Assembly: GCA_025359485.1 (NCBI GenBank)
Contig: JANYGA010000291.1
Coordinates: 1-44,288, forward strand
Source of the DNA: Rhodospirillales bacterium
GTDB taxonomy: Bacteria; Vulcanimicrobiota; Vulcanimicrobiia; Vulcanimicrobiales; Vulcanimicrobiaceae
DNA length: 44,288 bases
Reading direction: 5' to 3'
Shown here: positions 39,751 through 44,288 of the stretch, in pieces
How positions within the stretch are numbered: the stretch's first letter is position 1
Layout of the letters: every line of letters starts with the position of its first letter
Notes under the pieces: generated by a model
The model's input: the letters and a program-made list of their open reading frames with translations, nothing else
Told to the model about the DNA's origin: nothing
Databases searched by the model: none
Program-made: the position numbers and the translations under genes

Positions 39751-40532
39751 CGCAACGCCTTCGCGAGCCCGACGAAGAACGCGATTCCGCCCGACGGTGC
39801 GAGCATCGCGGCCGTATTACGGCGGGCCGCATCGCGCGAGGCGTCGACATGCATGTACGTCCACGCGTCGCGTTCGGGATGCGGCATGATCGCGAGCACG
39901 TTGCCGCGATCGTTGACGAGCGCCGCCGCGCCGAGTGCCGATCCGTTGGGAACATCGGCGTCACTCACGTTGCCGTCACGATCGCAGTAGACGAATGCCA
40001 CGCGTTCGTCGCGTGCGATCGCTTCGAGCACGAGCGGTTGTGCCGCGAGACGACCCTCGCCGTGCGATGCCCACGCCGGGATCACGATTCCCGGCGCCAT
40101 CTCGCGCGTGATCGCGCAGCGCTCGGGTGGAATCGCGAGCTTGACGTGCACGTGCGTCGAACGAAAACGACCGCCGTTTGCGTTCCGTGCGAAGCCCGCT
40201 TGCGCGCGTGCGTGGCCGTCGAGTGCGGGTGCGAGCCCGCTCTCGAGCAAGATCTGCGCGCCGTTGCAGATTCCGAGCACGAACTTGCCCGCCGCGGCGC
40301 CTTCGCGAACCGCGACCATCAGTCGAGCGTGCGCGGCGATCGCACCCGCGCGGACGCGATCTTCGTATGCGAATCCGCCGGGCAGCACGTACGCATCGAA
40401 CGCGCGGACCGCATCGAGATCGGCATTCCAATGCACGAGTTCGGTGTCGAGCCCGACCGCGCGACAGGCGCGAATCGTCTCGTCTTCGGAATTAGTCCCG
40501 GGGAAGGCGAGAACGCCGACGCGCGCGCTCAC
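39747..40532 (-). CDS. purQ: FGAM synthase glutaminase subunit PurQ
   Basis: Motifs are 'VGVLAFPGTNSEDE', 'LPGGFAYEDR', the nucleophile 'GICNGAQIL' and 'IMPHPER'. Confidence 0.95.
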   Translation of the reverse strand: MSARVGVLAFPGTNSEDETIRACRAVGLDTELVHWNADLDAVRAFDAYVLPGGFAYEDRVRAGAIAAHARLMVAVREGAAAGKFVLGICNGAQILLESGLAPALDGHARAQAGFARNANGGRFRSTHVHVKLAIPPERCAITREMAPGIVIPAWASHGEGRLAAQPLVLEAIARDERVAFVYCDRDGNVSDADVPNGSALGAAALVNDRGNVLAIMPHPERDAWTYMHVDASRDAARRNTAAMLAPSGGIAFFVGLAKALR

Positions 40533-42913
40533 GCGGAAATCTCACGAACGGCGACATCGTCGTAAAACGAACGCAACGGTGCGGACCATATTTCGCGCAG
40601 ATGCGCGACCTCCATCGTGTGACCGAACGCCGCGAGCGACGCCTCGCTCGTTACCGTACCGATGCGCGGCCGATGCGTCGGCTCGACACCACACGTTCGT
40701 GCGAGCGCCTCGAATGCGACTGCGTCGGTGACCTCGACGACGAAGCCGCCACACTCACCGAAGAGCGCCTCCGTGTTCCCGACCATACCGAACGTAAAAT
40801 CCGATGGTGCCGTCGTGAACCGCACGCCCAGTCGTGCGCGCGCGGCAAAGGCCATCTCGGCGACCGTCACGAGCATGCCACCATCGGAAACGTCGTGCGC
40901 GGCGACGACGTACCCCGCGCGGTTGGCCGCGTCGAGCAACGCGAGTTCCGCGCGTAACGCCGCGTAATCGACGCGCGCGACGCGCCGATCGTCGAGTGCG
41001 AACGCATCGGCAAACGCACTCGCGCCCAGAGCATCGCTAAAATTGCCCAGATAATAGAGCGCGTGGTCGGCGCCTTTGAGACCGGGCGTCAGCGCGAAGG
41101 CCACATCGTCGAGCGTGCCCACGCACGCGACGATCGGCGACGCCGGAATCGATCTGCCGTTGGCTGCCGTGTTGTAAAGACTCACGTTCCCCGAGACGTA
41201 CGGCACCGCGAGTTCGCGTGCGGCATGCGCGAGACCGGCGATCGCCACGACGAGTTCGCCCATCTGCTCTGGCACTTCGGGGTTGCCGAAGTTGAGACAA
41301 TCGGTCATCGCCGCGGGCTTAGCACCGACCGCCGCGACGTTGCGAATCGATTCGACGACGGCGTTCTCCGCCGCGAGCCGCGCGTCGATCCCGCCGAGCC
41401 GCGGATTGCCGCCCAGACCGAGCGCGCAACCCAGCGGCGCACCGGGCACGGGCACGATGAGGCCCGCATCGCCGTAGCCCGCGGGAATCGCCGTCGTGCC
41501 GCGCACGACGGAATCGAAGCGTTCGTAAATCGGCGCGCGCGAGCAGACGTCGAGATGCGCGAGGATGCGTTCGAGCGTCTGCGGCAACGCGGCGAAATAC
41601 GCGTCGTCGACGCGAGCCGCGGGCTCCGCAATTCCGGGCATCGGCGCGTCTTGCGCGACCGACACCGGGGCCGTCGCACGATCGTAACGGATGCCGTCGG
41701 TGAAGAAATCGAGATCGACATCCATCACGGTCGCACCGCGATGATGCAAGACGTAACGTCGTTCCTTCGTAACCGTACCGATGACCGCCGCACGCGCGCC
41801 ACGCGCGATTTGCGGCAACGAAAACTCTTCGTTGTAGATCGCTAGGAGCGTGGGCGTGAACTCCGGCGGCACGACCCACGTGAGGCGTTCTTGCGTTTCG
41901 CCGACCGCTATGACGGCGGGTGGAAGATGCTCTTGCGACGTCGGGCATTTATCGAGATCGACGATCGCACCGAAGCCGCCGCTCGCGCAAATCTCCGCGG
42001 TACAGCCCATGATGCCGCCGGCGCCGAGATCTTTAAAGCCCACGGTAAAGCCGCGTTCTTTAAGCACGTCGAAGACGCGATACGACGCGCGCATGATGAC
42101 GTTTTTGAGAAACGGATCGGGCACTTGCACCGCGCCCTTGTTCAGTTCGGCATCGTCTTCATCGAGAACCAGCGACGAAAAGGCCGCGCCGCCGAAACCA
42201 CTGCGATCCGTCGCCTTACCGACGAGGACGATATCCCACCCTTCGGCATTCGCGGGTGCTTTCGAATGGATGACATCGGTCGCTTCGAGGATGCCGAGTG
42301 CGACCACGTTGACCAAACAATTATCGCGAAAGCCTTCGTGAAAGAAGACGTCGCCCGCGATATTCGGCACGCCGATCGCGTTGCCGTACGCCGAAATTCC
42401 GTCGACGACGCCCTGCGCCACGTAGCGGCAATGCGGATCGTCGAGCGGCCCGAAACGCAGCGGATCGGCGACGGCGATCACGCGCGCGCCCATACAGAGC
42501 ACGTCGCGGACGATGCCGCCGATGCCGGTCGCCGCGCCTTCGAAGGGCACGACCTGCGATGGGTGATTGTGCGATTCGTGTGCGAAGACGATGCCGTACG
42601 TCTTGCCCTCGAAGTCGCCGAGCCGCACGATGCCCGCATCTTCTTGCGGGCCTTGCAAGACGGTCGGCCCGTCGGTCGGTAAACCGCGGAGATGATGACG
42701 CGAGCTCTTGTACGAGCAATGCTCGCTCCACTGGGCGTCGAAAGCGTGCGCTTCGACAACCGAGGGATCGCGACCGAGCGTCGCCGCGATCGTGCGGATC
42801 TCCAATTGCTTGAGTGCTAAACCTTGGTGGCGCAGCGTGCCTTCGAGCGTCGCATCGTCGACGCCGAGCACGCGGACGATCTCGACGGTCGGCGCGACGG
42901 GCGCGCCCGACAC
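40529..42913 (-). CDS. purL: FGAM synthase subunit PurL (small PurL type)
   Basis: Motifs are 'FDAQWSEHCSYKSS', 'AHESHNHPSQV' and 'DLGAGGI'. I chose the GTG at 42913 (VSGAPVAPTVEIV..), 4 nt after the purC stop. The ORF-track start at 43177 lies inside purC. Confidence 0.95.
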   Translation of the reverse strand: MSGAPVAPTVEIVRVLGVDDATLEGTLRHQGLALKQLEIRTIAATLGRDPSVVEAHAFDAQWSEHCSYKSSRHHLRGLPTDGPTVLQGPQEDAGIVRLGDFEGKTYGIVFAHESHNHPSQVVPFEGAATGIGGIVRDVLCMGARVIAVADPLRFGPLDDPHCRYVAQGVVDGISAYGNAIGVPNIAGDVFFHEGFRDNCLVNVVALGILEATDVIHSKAPANAEGWDIVLVGKATDRSGFGGAAFSSLVLDEDDAELNKGAVQVPDPFLKNVIMRASYRVFDVLKERGFTVGFKDLGAGGIMGCTAEICASGGFGAIVDLDKCPTSQEHLPPAVIAVGETQERLTWVVPPEFTPTLLAIYNEEFSLPQIARGARAAVIGTVTKERRYVLHHRGATVMDVDLDFFTDGIRYDRATAPVSVAQDAPMPGIAEPAARVDDAYFAALPQTLERILAHLDVCSRAPIYERFDSVVRGTTAIPAGYGDAGLIVPVPGAPLGCALGLGGNPRLGGIDARLAAENAVVESIRNVAAVGAKPAAMTDCLNFGNPEVPEQMGELVVAIAGLAHAARELAVPYVSGNVSLYNTAANGRSIPASPIVACVGTLDDVAFALTPGLKGADHALYYLGNFSDALGASAFADAFALDDRRVARVDYAALRAELALLDAANRAGYVVAAHDVSDGGMLVTVAEMAFAARARLGVRFTTAPSDFTFGMVGNTEALFGECGGFVVEVTDAVAFEALARTCGVEPTHRPRIGTVTSEASLAAFGHTMEVAHLREIWSAPLRSFYDDVAVREISA

Positions 42914-42917
42914 CGCG

Positions 42918-44105
42918 TCAGGCAAGGCCGACCGGTGGCCCGGGAGCGTTGATCTGCGCGTCCGCACCGAGCACCGCGGAGCGCGCGTTCGCCTGCACGA
43001 GCAGCACGCGGCCGAACATGACCGTGTCGTCCATCGCGAGCGTCTTCGCAACCACGAGTGCGAGTTCGCTCGCATCGAACTCGGTCGCATCGAACACCGG
43101 CGTCGGCGTCGCGGCCGATAGCATCGCCGCGAGGTGCGGACCCGATGCGACGTAGACGAGTCGCGCGAAGGTCGCATCGAGTTGCTGCACGGCCTGCAAG
43201 ACGTACGCTGGCACGAGATGCGTCGAAACCACGCGACGCAAACTCTGCAAGCCGAACACGTTCGTCTGCGCGATCACGGGATCGAGCAACGCGACGCTCT
43301 GCGCGCCGTCGGCGACGTAGGCGACCATGCCCGACCGCAGCGCCGGAAACGAGCCGACGAGATCGGCGACCGTTTCGTAATTCGCGTGCACGCGCGCAAG
43401 GTCGTCCGGCGTTACCGTTTCGAGATCGCGATACATCTGCTTGTCGAGCATGAGCTCTTCGCGGCCTTGGGGCCATACACGCCACGAATCGTTGTCGATG
43501 ACGTCGGCGATGACGAGATTGCCGCGTCCTTCGCCGCCCGAGAGGCGACCGAATTCGATTTTGAGATCGACGAGGAGCGTCTCGCGGCTACGCCACGCAT
43601 GTGCGAGAATTTCGAAGGTGATGCGCGCGATCTCGCTCATCATGCCGAGCTCTTGCGGCGTCGCGAGCCCGCGATGCACGATGTCGTCGATCTCGATGAG
43701 CGGATCGTGATTGGCGTCGTCTTTGAGGAAAAACTCGACCATGCGCGGGACGAGGATCGCGCCTTTGGCGATGCCGGGCTTGCGTTTGACGAGCGAGCCC
43801 GCGGCGACGCCGCGTACGACGACTTCGATCGGAATCATGTTCGCGCGACGCACGAGCATTTCGTTATCGTCGTCGTCTTCGCCGCCGGAAAGATAGTGCG
43901 TCGGCAACCCGCACAAATTTAATAACCGAAAGACTCGCGCCGTCGTCTTCGCGGCGATGCGGCCCTTACCCGGAAGCTCGTCGCGCCGCGCGCCGTCTCC
44001 CGCCGTGATATTGTCGAGTGCGGTCACGACGAGCGTGTCGGGTTCGCCCGGCTTCTCGTAGAGCACTTTGGTCTTGCCGCGCGCGACTTCGAGACCCTTA
44101 TTCAC
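42918..44105 (-). CDS. purC: SAICAR synthetase (PurC) with a C-terminal ~150-aa degenerate PurE-like (AIR carboxylase fold) domain
   Basis: The N-terminal ~245 aa are PurC ('ARGKTKVLYE', 'LDNITAGDG', 'IPIEVVVRG..AGS', 'LVDLKIEFG'). The C-terminal domain aligns by eye with PurE. 'MVAYVADGAQSV' corresponds to 'VAIVMGSKSDW'. 'RRVVSTHLVP' corresponds to 'VEVVSAHRTP'. 'LVYVASGPHLAAMLSAATPTPVF' corresponds to 'VIIAGAGGAAHLPGMIAAKTLVPVL'. The GTG start at 44105 overlaps the upstream stop. Confidence 0.85.
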   Translation of the reverse strand: MNKGLEVARGKTKVLYEKPGEPDTLVVTALDNITAGDGARRDELPGKGRIAAKTTARVFRLLNLCGLPTHYLSGGEDDDDNEMLVRRANMIPIEVVVRGVAAGSLVKRKPGIAKGAILVPRMVEFFLKDDANHDPLIEIDDIVHRGLATPQELGMMSEIARITFEILAHAWRSRETLLVDLKIEFGRLSGGEGRGNLVIADVIDNDSWRVWPQGREELMLDKQMYRDLETVTPDDLARVHANYETVADLVGSFPALRSGMVAYVADGAQSVALLDPVIAQTNVFGLQSLRRVVSTHLVPAYVLQAVQQLDATFARLVYVASGPHLAAMLSAATPTPVFDATEFDASELALVVAKTLAMDDTVMFGRVLLVQANARSAVLGADAQINAPGPPVGLA

Positions 44106-44288
44106 GTCGCGCTCTCGACGAGTGCGCGCGGTTGCGGGAACGGTGCGAGGGTTTTGATGCGCGCGACGAGGGCTTTGAGGCGGGCAATAATGCCCGGTGC
44201 CACGGCTGCGGGCGCAGCGCCGAAATTCGGCGCCACGGGTGCGAGGCCGAGGCTGGCCGCCGTGCCGTCGCGCGCGGCGTTTTTGTAA
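44102..44288 (-). CDS. C-terminal end of an unidentified upstream gene (5' part lies outside the window)
   Basis: This is not in the ORF track. My translation is ..YKNAARDGTAASLGLAPVAPNFGAAPAAVAPGIIARLKALVARIKTLAPFPQPRALVESAT*. Its TGA overlaps the purC GTG (GTGA). By position it could be another pur gene, but I cannot identify it from 61 residues. Confidence 0.4.
   Translation of the reverse strand, partial: YKNAARDGTAASLGLAPVAPNFGAAPAAVAPGIIARLKALVARIKTLAPFPQPRALVESAT

Noticed and set aside
42914-43177. The N-terminal 88-aa extension of the purL ORF-track entry, and the plus-strand ORFs 43134-43922 and 42708-43121.
   Set aside because: The extension lies inside purC in another frame and is Arg/Ser/Cys-rich, and a GTG 4 nt after the purC stop gives a normal PurL N-terminus. 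The plus-strand ORFs are antisense shadows of purC.

Overview
This is a high-GC, gene-dense bacterial chromosomal segment with about 38 protein-coding genes. I saw no rRNA, tRNA, CRISPR array, transposase, integrase or phage genes. All calls come from reading the ORF translations and the DNA by eye; no database search was possible. There are three themes. (1) Signalling. A partial CheR-like gene at the left edge (missing from the ORF track) overlaps the stop codon of a 1904-aa soluble hybrid histidine kinase. That kinase carries nine exactly 276-bp-spaced HAMP-pair units plus a diverged one, then GAF, HisKA/HATPase and three receiver domains. A GAF-PP2C-RsbW-like kinase fusion is transcribed divergently from it. 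Further right are two tandem membrane diguanylate cyclase paralogues and a 1249-aa PAS-HK-REC-PAS-GAF-PP2C-RsbW-like megasensor. (2) Peptide and amino-acid catabolism: M17 PepA, two S9 peptidases and a DUF1338 (HglS-like) protein, interrupted by a gene-decay scar made of a BNR-repeat fragment and a lycopene-cyclase 3' remnant. (3) Purine biosynthesis in three minus-strand operons (purM-purN; guaA-purD-BI1-purF-DUF5522-secreted protein; x-purC-purL-purQ-purS-purP-orphan-purP'-small TM protein). The best leads for undescribed biology are in this remodelled purine cluster: two archaeal-type PurP paralogues flank an orphan signal-peptide protein, PurC carries a degenerate PurE-like C-terminal domain (PAICS-like order), PurS is internally duplicated, PurN is fused to a GNAT domain, and a three-helix RNA-like element with a mutually exclusive helix sits at the guaA start. 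The CheR-like/poly-HAMP kinase/PP2C-kinase island is the second-best lead.
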